From Dicyema japonicum (taxonomy: Eukaryota > Animalia > Dicyemida): a stretch of 64,000 nucleotides of DNA. The notes beneath the pieces are model-generated. The model ran no database searches, was not told where the DNA came from, and saw only the letters and a program-made list of their open reading frames with translations. Shown one piece after another: positions 48,894 through 61,535 of the stretch. The stretch covers positions 545,213 to 609,212 of the forward strand of contig RDEW01000038.1 of assembly GCA_011109175.1 (NCBI GenBank). Reading direction: 5' to 3'. How positions within the stretch are numbered: the stretch's first letter is position 1; every line of letters starts with the position of its first letter. Both the position numbers and the translations under genes were made by a program.

Positions 48894-49800
48894 CAACTCA
48901 TCTCGATCGAAGACGCTGTACACGTATATGCAAGACCGCAATATTAAGTAGATTTCTTTCTAAACCTCATGAAGACTTGAAATTTTTTGGGGTGATATTC
49001 CTGATAATGCAAGCGAAAAAAATGTATTCTAGACTGATTTTAGTACATATGAGCATTCACAAATGCTTAAACAGCTTAAACTTGGAAATCCCACGGATTT
49101 TAAATGACTAAACGAATTATTCCAAATCGCTAACAACAGAAAAAGTACTGGTTAGAGGTTTCGAGAAAACGCAATCAATTGATTTTGACGTCATTGTCAT
49201 TTTAAGCTAGCAGATTGTCTGTTACTGACTTTATCTTCAACAAAACAAAGCAAATGGTGAGGTTTCTCTCCTAATTACCTCCACAAACATAGTGATCCCG
49301 CGATTCTGTTAAATCAACGGAAAAGGTTTCAATTTTTTCTAATAGCAGATCGAACGTCAATCTCTTTAAAGAAGAACTTTAGACGAGGTTGAACAATGGT
49401 AGTCCACAATAGAATCCAACAGAAAGTTGCTTGTCTTGTGATCGAAGTCTGAGTAACTATGCTACCCTTTGAGCACGTCTCCAAACGGAGCGAAAGGGTT
49501 AATCTAACTAACAGACAATCGTGATTGAAAGCATTATCCACTTTATTATCTAACATCGAAAAAGGAATCATCAAAATAGAAAGAGTTTACTATCAATTAT
49601 GAGACTTCGAGAGAAATTAGGGGTTTTTGCTGTGTTCCATCATATTACCACAGCTTTACTGAATCCAATCGTTATTCTTTAATGAGAATTTGGAGAGACG
49701 TTGATTTTTTTCAAATTTACGTGTTTTGCCGACTTGTAAAGCTGATTACTGGAAACGAAAGGATTTGGAGCCGCATAGTGATAAAGCTGGAATTATTGTT
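48890..49800 (-). mobile_element. Ginger-like integrase relic (unit 1; paralog at 59120-60060)
   Basis: Weak motifs ETFSVDL, DNDVKIN and EYIFFACIIRNITPKN, resembling the 12960-13680 relic. Strongly decayed. Confidence 0.4.
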
Positions 49801-50002
49801 CAAAATTATCACGTTGTCGAGTAATGGAAGAATAGTTAAGGAGAGAAATTGATAATGTTAACTATATTTTCAATAATTGAAGATATTTAATAAAAATGGT
49901 AATGAAATATCTTTTATCATAGATATTTAATATATATTAAATCAAACAATTAAGATGAAAATTTAAATAAAATAAAATTTGACCTAATAAAATTTAGACT
50001 AC

Positions 50003-51307
50003 ATGAACAGAACTATTCATTATATCATAATTATTCTGTTTAGCAAAATAGTCAAAATAAAATGTGATGAAAGATATATATTAATTGATTCATATGTAAT
50101 TTACAAGAATCCTTCTAGAGTATATATTTCGTTAACTTTAAAAATAAGGATTATCAAGTTACATTCCGAAGAACAAATAGATGTATGGGAAACTAATGGT
50201 ACGGATTTGTTTTCTTTCACTAAATAAATTTTAAACTTATTCCATACTTCAACAATGGTTTTATACTATTGACTTAGTAACAGAAATTGATTATAATACG
50301 TTTTTTGTTGTATTTAAGCTGGTAAGCGATATACTAATATCACAAAGATTCGCAAAACAAAGTTTGGGGATCACTACCGATGTGGTTATGTTCATATTAG
50401 TTTTTCGAATAATATATCTGTTACATTTTATTCAATCAAGTTGCAATATCACGCTAAAGGTTATTTGAATTATTTTACTGGAAAAGGTTTTTATTAAAAT
50501 TTATTTAGCTAAGACTCTAACCAAAATAATGACCCAAATAAGCCGATTTGGTTTTTATATCACGAAAAAAGAATCCGAGCACTAATAAATGGAATTATCA
50601 AAATATCATATATTGACAATTACAAAATTGTACACGTTTGCAATAATTCTTAGATAACAGATGAACATTTCAGTGATTATTACTATATTGTCTAAACATA
50701 ATTATAGTGCCAATAAATATATATTGCGTGGTGATTATTCTAAATATTTATTACGGCTTATAAACAAAATGAGAATGAATATCGTATTAATAGATTTTCT
50801 GTTTGTGTTGGTAATAAAAAAGATAAATGTGTTTCGCAAATAAAGCGATTTAAACAAATTAATATAAGAAGATATAATCACTGTGGATCCATCTCACAAA
50901 ACTATACAAATGTGTCTATCAAAATTTTATCTTTAAAATTACAATTTTTCCGTGATGATTTGATTTTTTATTTTATTAGAGATGGTAAATAAATCCGACT
51001 AAATTTTAGATGAAGGATGCTTTGAAACTCAATCATCTACTGAAATTAAACAAATAAAAAACAAGATTAAACATCATTATGTTTCAGATGGTTAGTATTC
51101 TTGACTGCAATTTAGATACAATAAGTTTTGAAAAACTAATTTCGTTTGAAAGTAAAGCCGTAAAAAAATTGACGAAAAATCAAATAATTGGAATCGTGTG
51201 TGGAGTTGTTGGACTAATATTCTTATGTCACTGTCGCAATTTTTATCAAACTGAAATCACATACTGAAATACAGGAAAGCATTCCATTAATCTTTGTGAC
51301 TAACTAA
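50003..51307 (+). pseudogene. Multi-exon type-I membrane protein with two LAMP-like modules (unit 1 copy, apparently disrupted)
   Basis: Signal-peptide-like start MNRTIHYIIIILFSKIVKIKC, tiny GT-AG introns as in the unit 2 copy (two acceptors read AA), and a C-terminal TM segment QIIGIVCGVVGLIFL. Frameshifts present. Confidence 0.75.
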
Positions 51308-51659
51308 TTTTAATTTGTATACACTCTTCACTTTATTTGAATTTATTTAATTATTTGAACTAAGTCGATATTCGAAAAACTTACAAAATTTTGAATTTTG
51401 TCAGTTGTAACAAAGTATATAGATGATTTATGCCTAAATTTGGCATCGGAAGCCCCCTTGTTCAACATAATAGATCCTTTGCTAACAGGGGACGATCAAT
51501 TCGTCGAATCTGATAAATAATGAACAATGTACTGAAGCATAATTATTCTATATCAATATTTCGGACATACTAGCATGACAACAATTTTCTAATTTATAAT
51601 ATAGGCTCGCTTTACAGTCCACTTCTCTCAAATTAAATTAATAATGAGTCTGTTGCGTG

Positions 51660-51970
51660 AGAGTTGAAATTGAGAAGGCTGTCGTACTTGACTCCAAGGA
51701 CAGTAGGAGACTTTGTCACTGGAATCCGAGTGGGACCAATGAAAAGACTCAGTTCATCCGTGGAACGACGGTCCGACGTAAATGTGGAACAGATAGACTT
51801 GGTTGCAGAAATCGTTAGTCAATTGCCAACCAATCCAATCGTGGAGAATGTTCAATTTTGTTTGAGTTTTAAGGGATGTGACTTGCGTCGAGCGGTTCCG
51901 TAAAGCAATAACTACATCGTCTGCGTAGGATAATAGCAGGGAATCTTTGTCTGCGTAGGATAATAGCAGG
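51660..51970 (-). mobile_element. LINE RT YADD fragment ending at the array junction (paralog at 61895-62203)
   Basis: DSLLLSYADDVVIALRNRSTQVTSLKTQTKLNILHDW..LTISATKS. Confidence 0.75.
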
Positions 51971-54900
51971 AATCATCTCGTTTTATTGAAGACTCCATTC
52001 TTCTAGTTAAATCGACAAGGTGACGGATTCGGAGACATTGGAAACCTGAGTTCAGCATAGAAGTGTCTTATGCTTTAACTATTCAGGTTCAAGAATCATC
52101 TGTCTGAAGCAGCAAGAATGGTTAATGTGATTCATTATGTCCCTATAATGGTAGTTTACTAAATTATGTACTCTTAAGGACAATGACCATGGAATTGAAT
52201 CCATGGTCTTTACTATGATACTTAAGCGAGCCATGTTTATAGGAAATAACTCCAGTTAGCCACGAGTTCCTTCGCTTTAATGGACCGGGGGTAAATAGAG
52301 AATTAACTGTAACTTTGAGAGGTCGTATTAAAAAAAGTTGATTATGACTAGTTTGGCAGATTGGAGTAAATTAGTGACAATATTGTTGAATCCACCCTTT
52401 TTAGAGATTCCCAAAATGTATGTAGCGGATTTATGAGAACATACACCACCAGAATCGAACCATGTCGATATCAGTTAGTTCCTACAGGTGGGAAATCTAT
52501 TTCCTTCAAACTTCCAGCCGAAACTTCCGAGAGCTTAGGGTATGAAAAATGACGAGTCCTTCCAGAGCCACAGCTGTGGGAACCTGTTAAAATTTGTAAA
52601 GCTATGATGTTTGATGCCGCCCTGGCGAGCAACATTATTTTGAACATTTATGTGCAGAAAACAACGTCACAGCCTCAATCAAATTATCTAAGTGGCTTTG
52701 AATATATAACAAAATTTAGTTAATTTTAGACAAAAAGTTTTAAAATTCAAATTCGCCATTCTTGTGGAAACCAGTCTTTGACAGACCTTATCTTTTTATG
52801 CAATCTCTCAGGCTCTGATTTCTATGAGGGTTAAGCTTCTCTATTTCTTCGGATTTTATAATTTCTACTTTCCTTTTATTTAGTCTTATTTTGGCTGTAG
52901 ACTGAGGGAGTGAGAATTGCTGACTCGCTACGTATTGGTCTTAAGAGTGTGCGGAACGAAAATGTCGTTGTGGCCGTTTGATCGATCCATCTGGTTATTA
53001 TCCACTTTCGTGCAAATTGACGTGGGCCATTTTTCAATGTGTTTATGAGCTTGACGTTGAAAACGCACTTTTTTCTGCTGACCATCACTGCATTTTAGAG
53101 AGACTGGTCTCACTAACACCCTGACGGGATGAGAAAATTCCCTTTTGCTAATGGTTGGATTTAGGTCGCTATGTGTTGATACATACTCTCCGAAAAATTT
53201 GGCCGCTTTAGTATCGGACCCATTTTATGCTCTAAACAAATCGAGGATCAAAAGAGAAGGAAATAACGAAGCATTACGGAAGATCATTTGTTTGTCTATT
53301 TTATGTTGAGACGTCAAGAATCCTTGGCTTATGAGCTGATGATCTAATCCAAGGAATCGGCTCAATGATTCAAAGGGTCATCAAGGATCCACTTGAGACT
53401 GGATGCTTTAGAGAGCGTATCGATATCTATCGTAAGAAGAAACAGTTTGGACTGCCTAACTTTTAACTTTTTTAGATTTGTTTAATTAAATAAATAAAAA
53501 TTCAATCATTCACATTTTAAGGTCGCCTTTATGGCCTGAGGGATTGAGAAAGCAATAGGAATTATCACTCATGAGTCCAATGTGCTGGAAGAGACAGTTT
53601 TATTATAGGCTCTTCCTTCCTCAGTCCTGCAAGCAGCCCGATAAACTTTGTTGTTCTAGGGCCGAGCATGCCAGACGTCTAAGACGTCTAAACGCAGATC
53701 AGCTGGAAGTCGAACCGATTCCCAATGCTACGGTACTTCCTCCTTTTTAAATCTTCAGCAGTAGTTGCTGCAGAACCCGCGCACATCGATGACCTGAGCA
53801 GATTCAAGTTGAGACAGTATCTGTGCACGTTGAATACTAAGAAAGACACATACTTCACATTTTTATATTAAAAAAATCATTCTCTATAATTAAATGAATG
53901 AAAAACCCCAAACCATATGGCTTTTTTCTCTCAAATTTACAGCACTGTAACCTGAAACTTAACAGATGATTATTACTATACAAACAAGTGATGAAAAGTC
54001 ATTCAAAAGTCCAATTTGTCACGTTTATCAAGACTATCAAAATTGAAAATTCCGTTTTTTTCAAAAATAATTTAACAAATGTGCTGAGTGAAAACCAGGT
54101 TACCATATTAAAGGAATTTGCCATACGGTTGAGTCATCTCGTGTATTTGCTTCAACGTTATCTCTTTCAAACGACTTCTGCCTTAAGGCTCGATAGAAAG
54201 AAAGATGGAATTCAAGACAGGTCACTGGATGTCATAATGATTTTTCTATTTTAAGCGAGTGGTGGTAAACAAATTAAAACATTGAAATAAAAAAATCCCG
54301 AAGACCACAGTTACACCAAACTAACAACGTGGGTGTCTCACTCCCTTAAGGGTAGGAAGTTTGTGTCAGCATAAATAGTTAATTTGTTAAATGCACTCCC
54401 ACGTTACCTATAAATACATGAATACTTAAAGTTCGAATACATCGAGAAAGAAGTTAAAGTAAACAACGTGTTAAGTGTATCCAGTTTCTACTTCTATAGA
54501 AACAGAGTCTATCCGGAATCAGCATAAAAGGAAAAAGACGTACATCAATTCATTTTGTGGAAACCCCTCCAGTCGTTGAAAGTTGTGGAAACCCTCTTGA
54601 CAGGTGGATCACATGACGCCACTCTAATATGAAGGGAAGGTAAAAGAAAAGACAAAAAAGCTGAAAATTTCAACCAATTAGCCACGTAGCTCCACATTCC
54701 TCGACGCGGCCGTTGAATCGGTAAGGAGATAGACACTATTAGAGAGGTGTCAACCACTCAACCAACAAAAATTATTATAAGATTTTAAGAAAGACAAATT
54801 TTGACTAATTTTAATTAATTTAATACTTAGTTTTTTAATTGTTTTAAAAAATGGCGAACCTATATATACATTAACATATTATTTGGCGTGCGTTTTCAAC

Positions 54901-55730
54901 ATTCTTGTGGGTAGGTGTTTGAGATTATTCTAGTATTTTTTCTGCTGTATCGTTATAAATTATATTATTGGATTCATCAAATAGTGTTGAAGGCTGTTAT
55001 CAAAATGTTTAATGTATATTTTGTATTTTGTTAACCTATAAATATAGATTATTTTTCACTACTTGATTTGTCCCTATTTATATTCTCTTGGCTATATTTC
55101 TTTTCCAGTTTATTTGTATCCCAAATTTTTATGTCTTATACATCATTTCAATATTATTTTTGAAGAAAAATAATCATACATTTGATCAGTCATCTCTGAT
55201 GTCCTGTCTTGATCTTCCAATTCTTTTTATGGGCAATTTTCACATAATACTTCATAATGGAATTCAGATCCTTCTGCCTGTATTCGGATTCGTCGGTTGC
55301 CGAATGATTTTCCATACTTGGGCGGTTGTCTGATTTCGGTTCAAAGCTGTGAGAACTCGTGACGATTTTGCTTTTTGTATCTTGAGTTCTTTGCCCTTAT
55401 GATGATCCATGGCTGCGTTCAGTGTAGTAAGCACATCTGTTTTGACCAGCCTGAAGAGGATTTCTGGAGCACTCGGATCCCGTGGAATCATGCGAATAAT
55501 TTTGATTTGAATCTTTAACTCCTACATATATGGAAAATTTCTTCGATAACTATCAGATCAGTCTTCGTTGTAGGAAACTTCCCTACTTCAACATTATTCT
55601 TTTTATGAATCCATTTCTTAAGTAAATTCTTGACATTTGAAACGTTCTTGATGTTGAAAACCTCTCATTATAGTGGCTACACTCAATTGCCAACCACCAC
55701 GAGGAATCCTCCAGAATTTTGCTTTGGAAC

Positions 55731-55972
55731 AAATATTGGAAATCTTCTATACACATTTAAATTTGACTGTAAATATTGGATATCTTCTATACACATTTAA
55801 ATTTGACTGTAAATATTGGATATCCTTATACACATTTAAATTTGACTGTAAATATTGGATATCTTCTATACACATTAAATTTGACTGTAAATATTGGAAA
55901 TCTAGAATTAACCTTAAATGTATACTGTAAATATTGGATATCTTCTATACACATTAAAATTTGACAGTAAAT
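55731..55972 (+). repeat. 39-40-bp minisatellite, 6 units (one divergent)
   Basis: Consensus aaatattggatatcttctatacacatttaaatttgactgt. The fifth unit is diverged. Confidence 0.95.
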
Positions 55973-56257
55973 CCAACCTCTCCTTTATATCGAAATCTTC
56001 CAGACTGTCAAGACTATCCAGACTATCTTTATGATTTTTATGAATTCAGAAAGTGACAGTAGGAATAAAAAATAAAGATAAATATGGAGAGAAAATAGCT
56101 GATTACTTAAAAAATATTGTTCTTTTTGTTTATTTATTAAACTATATGGAAAACCTCTGTTTGGGGAAACCTCTGATTTTGCGTATTACGTGCCCCAATT
56201 AGAGGTTCACCGCGTGGTAAGTCGTTTCAGCAGCAGCACTGGTTTCAACGTTCCCTA

Positions 56258-57180
56258 ATGCGCGTAAGGACATTCCGCTCTACGATAGAAAGTTAAATTC
56301 TCCGAAGTGATGTTGCGCGTCATTTCGGTTAATGATAGGTACCTCCGGAGAATAACGAAGGCTATCGAGGATCTTCTGGACTCCCTGAAGGCCGACATCT
56401 TGGTCCTTAACGAGACCAAATGTAGGAATTTGCCTGCTGCAAAATTTAAAGGCTATACTTGTTTTCATCTCTTGTGGAATGACACACATCGATGTTCGGG
56501 CACTAGTATCTATTGGAGGACGAGTCTTGCAGCAGTTGTCCAAGGTATTTCCCAGTGTTCTCATTGCGAGCTCTTATTTATACGCGTTAGGCTGCCTAGT
56601 TTTACTGTAGTCATAGGGGCAATATATGCCAAACAGTTGGGGTTGTGTAAGGACCACATTAAAACAGCCTCCGACATATATCTCCATTGCGTTATTTTTG
56701 GCGATCTGAATCCAAAGCATTCGGATTTTGGCTGCGTTACTGACAATAGGGCTGGATCAGCACTCCGAGATCTAGCGTGGGATCTTGGGCTCTCAGTAAC
56801 TACATCGACCGACCCCAACCACAAAGACATACGAAGAGGAGAGGAAAACTTGGGTATGGCCGTAGCCTCCCCATCATTAATTGCTCTCTGTACCTCGTGT
56901 TCTTAGGGACATTGGAAGCGATCACCGTCCACTTCTAACTGAGCTTCAGAGACCAGTTCGATCTCAGGCCCCAATTGGCTATGACTTGGGCTCTGGCACT
57001 TGGGATAACCAGGAGTCGTTCATGGATAGAAAACTCCCTTCTCTCAAAGTTCAAGTTTGTAGTGAAGCGGATGTGGAAGAATTGAATGCCACCCTGGACG
57101 GTGTCCTTGAAGAATACATGCTGAGTAACTTCCGGTTACGTCCGCATGGTGAAGACTTCGCACGGATTCCAGGCCTGATT
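56258..57180 (+). mobile_element. APE endonuclease plus linker of a LINE (unit 2)
   Basis: MLRVISVN..ADILVLNETKC..FKGY..GTSIYW..VIGAIYAK..VIFGDLNPKHSDFG..NRAGSAL..IGSDHRPLLTEL. All APE motifs present. Confidence 0.9.
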
Positions 57181-59123
57181 TTGAGAATTTTATTGACTTG
57201 GACACATGCGAGATTAAAACGTCATCTGCATAAAGAACTAATTCCATGCCCAATTTCTTCAGTGGCTTATGCGTAGATGTGATGGAGGTTAAGCCAGTAG
57301 GGTCACTGGGTGACATTTCCCTAGTGCTGTATACAGCACAGATCAGTGATGAGGAATTGACGGACAAGCCCAGAACACCCAGTAAATGGAGGGAGCAGAT
57401 CTGTGCCAAGATTGCTTGGAGACAGACTGAGCAGGAAGCACTGGAGGGGCACATAAGTAGTGTGCCGACAGGGGTTAGAGGAAAAGCAGCGCCTATAGTA
57501 AAGGGGCTAAATTGGAGTTAGAGGGGGCAATAATGGTGTATAAGAAAAAACTCTATACACATGTAAGTCGGTGTAAGAAAAGGAGAGAAAATAATCTGTT
57601 TGAGTTTAATCGCAGATTGTTTTACCGTCGCCTACACGAAAATGGACATAGTGTATGTTCCTAGCAGGACGCAGAAATGCTTTCCACATGGGGTAATATG
57701 TGGGTGGCAAAACCACGCAGACGAAATGCGTGGAATGTCCCGCTCAGCGCCGTTTCTTGGCGGAATTTACGATTTTCGCAAGATATTTGAGGCGGTAGTA
57801 AGACATCTCCTTGATTGGAAAACGACCCTGGGTCGATAAAGTGTATCATTTCTTTATCAAATGATGTACTTCATTGCACGAGTCTGTGTCTCAGTCTGCT
57901 GCAAATTATCGACCGATAACCTGCATGCCAACCCTGTATAAACTGATGACCAAATTGGTGGCTAATGAGGTCAGGAGCTTTGTAGAAGCAAATGGGATTC
58001 TCTCCGAGAATCAGTTGGGTACTGTGCGAAATTGTCAGGGGGCAAAAGAGCAGACTTTGATCAACAAATGCCTTTCTGTGTCTCAGGAAACTCACTTTTG
58101 TCTATGTAGGTAGATGTAAAGAAGGCTTATAATTCAGTTGATATTCTTACCTTGTCGAGTGTCTACAAAGTCTGTGTATGCCTGTGTTCATCAGCTTTAT
58201 AGTGGCTGTGATGAATAGGTGGAGTATTCATCTGAACTATAATAGGCACCGGATAAGAAAGGTAAAACTAAAGAGGGGGATCCTTCAGGGGGATAGCATG
58301 TCTCCGCTGCTCTTTGTTCTCTGTTTGGAGCTATTGAGTCGCCGCTTCAATGACCGGTTTAAGCAAATTCCAGTTTATTGTGAGGGGTTTGTTTCAGTAC
58401 AAATCACCTTTTTATCGATGACCAGAAGATGTATGCTCGAACAGCCGAGGAGCTCTACTCCATAAGGGGTCTGTGCCAGGGAATTCTTTAAGAGTATAGG
58501 ACTAGATTTGAATTATAAAAACTTAGCGACTAACACGAAAGTATGTAGCGAGTTAGTAAGAGTCCTCGAGGAACACGAAGGAAATAAGTATATGGGTATT
58601 ACCGAATCTTCAAAGTCCCTTATAATGCCTGAGACAAAGCGATAAATTACTGAAGGCATCCGTAAAAGAGCAGCGTTATTGTGTAAGACGTCTCTAAATG
58701 CAAGCAATTTGTTCCTAGCATTAAATAAGTATGCTGTCTCGCTGCTAAACTACTACATAGGTGTTGTGGAGTTTGAGCCCAAAGAGTATGATGAGATGGA
58801 TGATATGATCCGTGGAGTACTCAGAAAATACCATTATGTGCTGGCAGCCAATAAGAGAGACTATATTTACCTCGTGATAAATTCGGCCGTGGACTGTGTG
58901 AAGTAGTCCAACTAAGTGAGCGTATCTAAGGCGAATGCACGACACCCTGATAGCTAGGTCAAGTGTGTCTGCTAGGAAGCACGCCATAATAACGACTGAG
59001 AAAACACGGGCAACCCACCTAGGCACTATCAGACTTTTTTTGTCTGCTAAGTATGGTGTTGATGATGGTGGGCTAATAAATGTAAAGGCGTTGATCGAAT
59101 TACAATATCCTAAAATACGGTGA
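57180..59123 (+). mobile_element. R4/NeSL-type reverse transcriptase relic (unit 2)
   Basis: LYTAQISDEELTDKPRTPSKW; NYRPITCMPTLYKL; NQLGTVRNCQGAKEQ; RGILQGDSMSPLLFVL; CKTSLNASNLFLALNKYAVSLLNYYIGVV. Confidence 0.9.
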
Positions 59124-60225
59124 CAACTCATCTCGATCGAAGGCGCTGTACACGTATATGCAATACCGCAATATTAAGTAGATTTCTTTCTAAACCTCAT
59201 GAAGACTTGAAATTTTTTGGGGTGATATTCCTGATAATGCAAGCGAAAAAAATGTATTCTAGACTGATTTTAGTATATGAGCATTCACAAATGCTTAAAC
59301 AGCTTAAACTTGGAAATCCCACGGATTTTAAATGACTAAACGAATTATTCCAAATCGCTTAACAAAGAAAGTACTGGTTAGAGGTTTCGAGAAAACGCAA
59401 TCAATTGATTTTGACGTCATTGTCATTTTAAGCTAGCAGATTGTCTGTTACTGACCTTTATCTCAACAAAAACAAAGCAAATGGTGAGGTTTCTCTCCTA
59501 ATTACCTCCCACAAACATAGTGATCTCGCGATTCTGTTAAATCAACGGAAAAGGTTTCAATTTTTTCTAATAGCAGATCGAACGTCAATCTCTTTAAAAA
59601 AGAACTTTAGAGGAGGTTGAACAATGGTAGTCCACAATAGAATCCAACAAAAAGGTTGCTTGTCTCTTTATTGAAGTCTGAGTAACTATGCTACCCTTTG
59701 AGCACGTCTCCAAACGGAGCGAAAGGGTTAATCTAACTAACAGCAAATCGTGATTTAAAGCATTATCCACTTTATTATCTAACATCGAAAAAGGAATCAT
59801 CAAAATAGAGAGAGTTAATTGTCAATTAAGAGACTTCGAGAGGAATAGAGGTTTTTGCTGTGTTTCATCATATTACCACAGCTTTACTGAATCCAATCGT
59901 TATTCTTTAATGAGAATTTGGAGAGACGTTGATTTTTTTTCAAATTTACGTGTTTTGCCGACTTGTAAAGCTGATTACTAGAAACGAAAGGATTTGGAGC
60001 CGCATAGTGATGAAGCTGGGATTATTGTTCAAGATTCTCACGTTGTCGAGTAATGGAAGAATAGTTAAGAAGAGAAATTTATAATGTTAAATATATTTTC
60101 AATAATTAAAGATATTTAATAAAAATGGTAATGAAGTATCTTTTATCATAGATATTTAATATATAATTATATCAAACAATAATGATGAAAATTTAAATAA
60201 ATTGACCTAATAAAATTTCGATTAC

Positions 60226-61535
60226 ATGAACAGAACTATTTATTATATCATAATTATACTGTTTAGCAAAATAGTCAAAATAAAATGTGATGAAAGATAT
60301 ATATTAATTGATTCATATGTAATTTACAAGAATCCTTCTATAGTATATATTTCGTTAACTTTAGGAATATAGTTTATCAATGTTTACTCCGAAAACATAT
60401 AGATGTATGGCAAACTAATGGTACGGATTTGTTTTCTTTCACTAGCATAAAATTTAAACTTATTCCATACTTCTACAATGAGTTTTATACTATTGACTAA
60501 GTAACAGAAATTGATTATGGTACGTTTTTTGTTGTACTTAAGCTGATAAGCGATATACTAATATCACAAAGATTCCTAAAACTAAATATGGGGATTACTA
60601 CCGATGTGGTTATGCTTATATTAGTTTTTCGAATAATATATCTGTTACAATTTATTCAATTAAGTTGCAATATAACGATAAAAGTTATTCGTATTATTTT
60701 ACTCGAAAAGGTTTTTATTAAAATTTATTTAGCTAATGACTGTAACCCAAATAATGACCCAAATACGCCTATTTGGTTTTTATTTAACCAAAATAGAATC
60801 CGAGCAGTAATAAGTGGAATTATCAAAATATTATATATTGACAATAACGAAATTGTACACGTTTGCATTGATAAGTAGATAACAGATGAACATTTTGATG
60901 ATTATTACTATAATGTCTAAACATAATTATAGAGACAATAAATATATATTGCGTGGTGATTATTCTAACATATATATTACGGCTTATAAACAAAATGAGA
61001 ATGAATATCGTATTAATAGATTTTCTGTTTGTGTTGGTAATAAAAAAGATAAATGTGTTTTCGCTTCAAAAGCGATTTAAACAAATTAAAATGGAGGATA
61101 TAATCACTGTTGATCCATCTCACAAAACTATAAAAATGTGTCTATCAAAATTTCATCTTTAAAATTACAATTTTTCCGTGATGATTTGATTTTTTATTTT
61201 ATTAGAGATGGTAAATAAATCCGACTGAATTTTAGATGAAGGATGCTTTGAAACACAATCATCTACTGAAATTAAACACAAAAAATCCACGATTAAACGT
61301 CATTATGTTTCAGATGGTTAGTATTCTTGACTGCAATTTAGATACAATAAGTTTTGAGAAACTAATTTCGTTTGAAAGTAACGCCGTAAAAAAATTGACG
61401 AAAAATCAAATAATTGGAATCGTGTGTGGAGTTGTTGGACTAATATTCTTATGTCTCATTGTCGCAATTTTTATCAAACTGAAATCAGATACTGAAATAC
61501 AGGAAAGCATTCCATTAATCTTTGTGACTAACTAA
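60226..61535 (+). pseudogene. Multi-exon type-I membrane protein with two LAMP-like modules (unit 2 copy, internal stops)
   Basis: Predicted introns 60343-60364 (uncertain), 60421-60445, 60520-60542, 60711-60732, 60861-60885, 61211-61235 and 61317-61341, all GT-AG and 22-25 nt. Splicing joins long open exons and ends in TM + KSDTEIQESIPLIFVTN*. Stops occur at 60498 and 61078-61113. Confidence 0.8.

Larger units (their letters stand above)
41791..51970 (+). repeat. ~10.2-kb tandem segmental duplication, unit 1
   Basis: aatcatctcgttttattgaagactcc starts at 41791, 51971 and 62204 (periods 10180 and 10233). Content is colinear throughout. Confidence 0.97.

Noticed and set aside
50330-50490. Positive selection on the ectodomain exon (12 amino-acid changes from 16 substitutions)
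   Set aside because: About 75% nonsynonymous is the neutral expectation, and the dead APE relic in the same unit is similarly diverged. It cannot be claimed without more paralogs.
60226-61535. Ciliate-type code (TAA/TAG = Gln) as an explanation for tiny introns plus internal TAA codons
   Set aside because: APC11 ends with TAA exactly at the expected C-terminus, and the TAA at 60498 corresponds to TTA (Leu) in the paralog.
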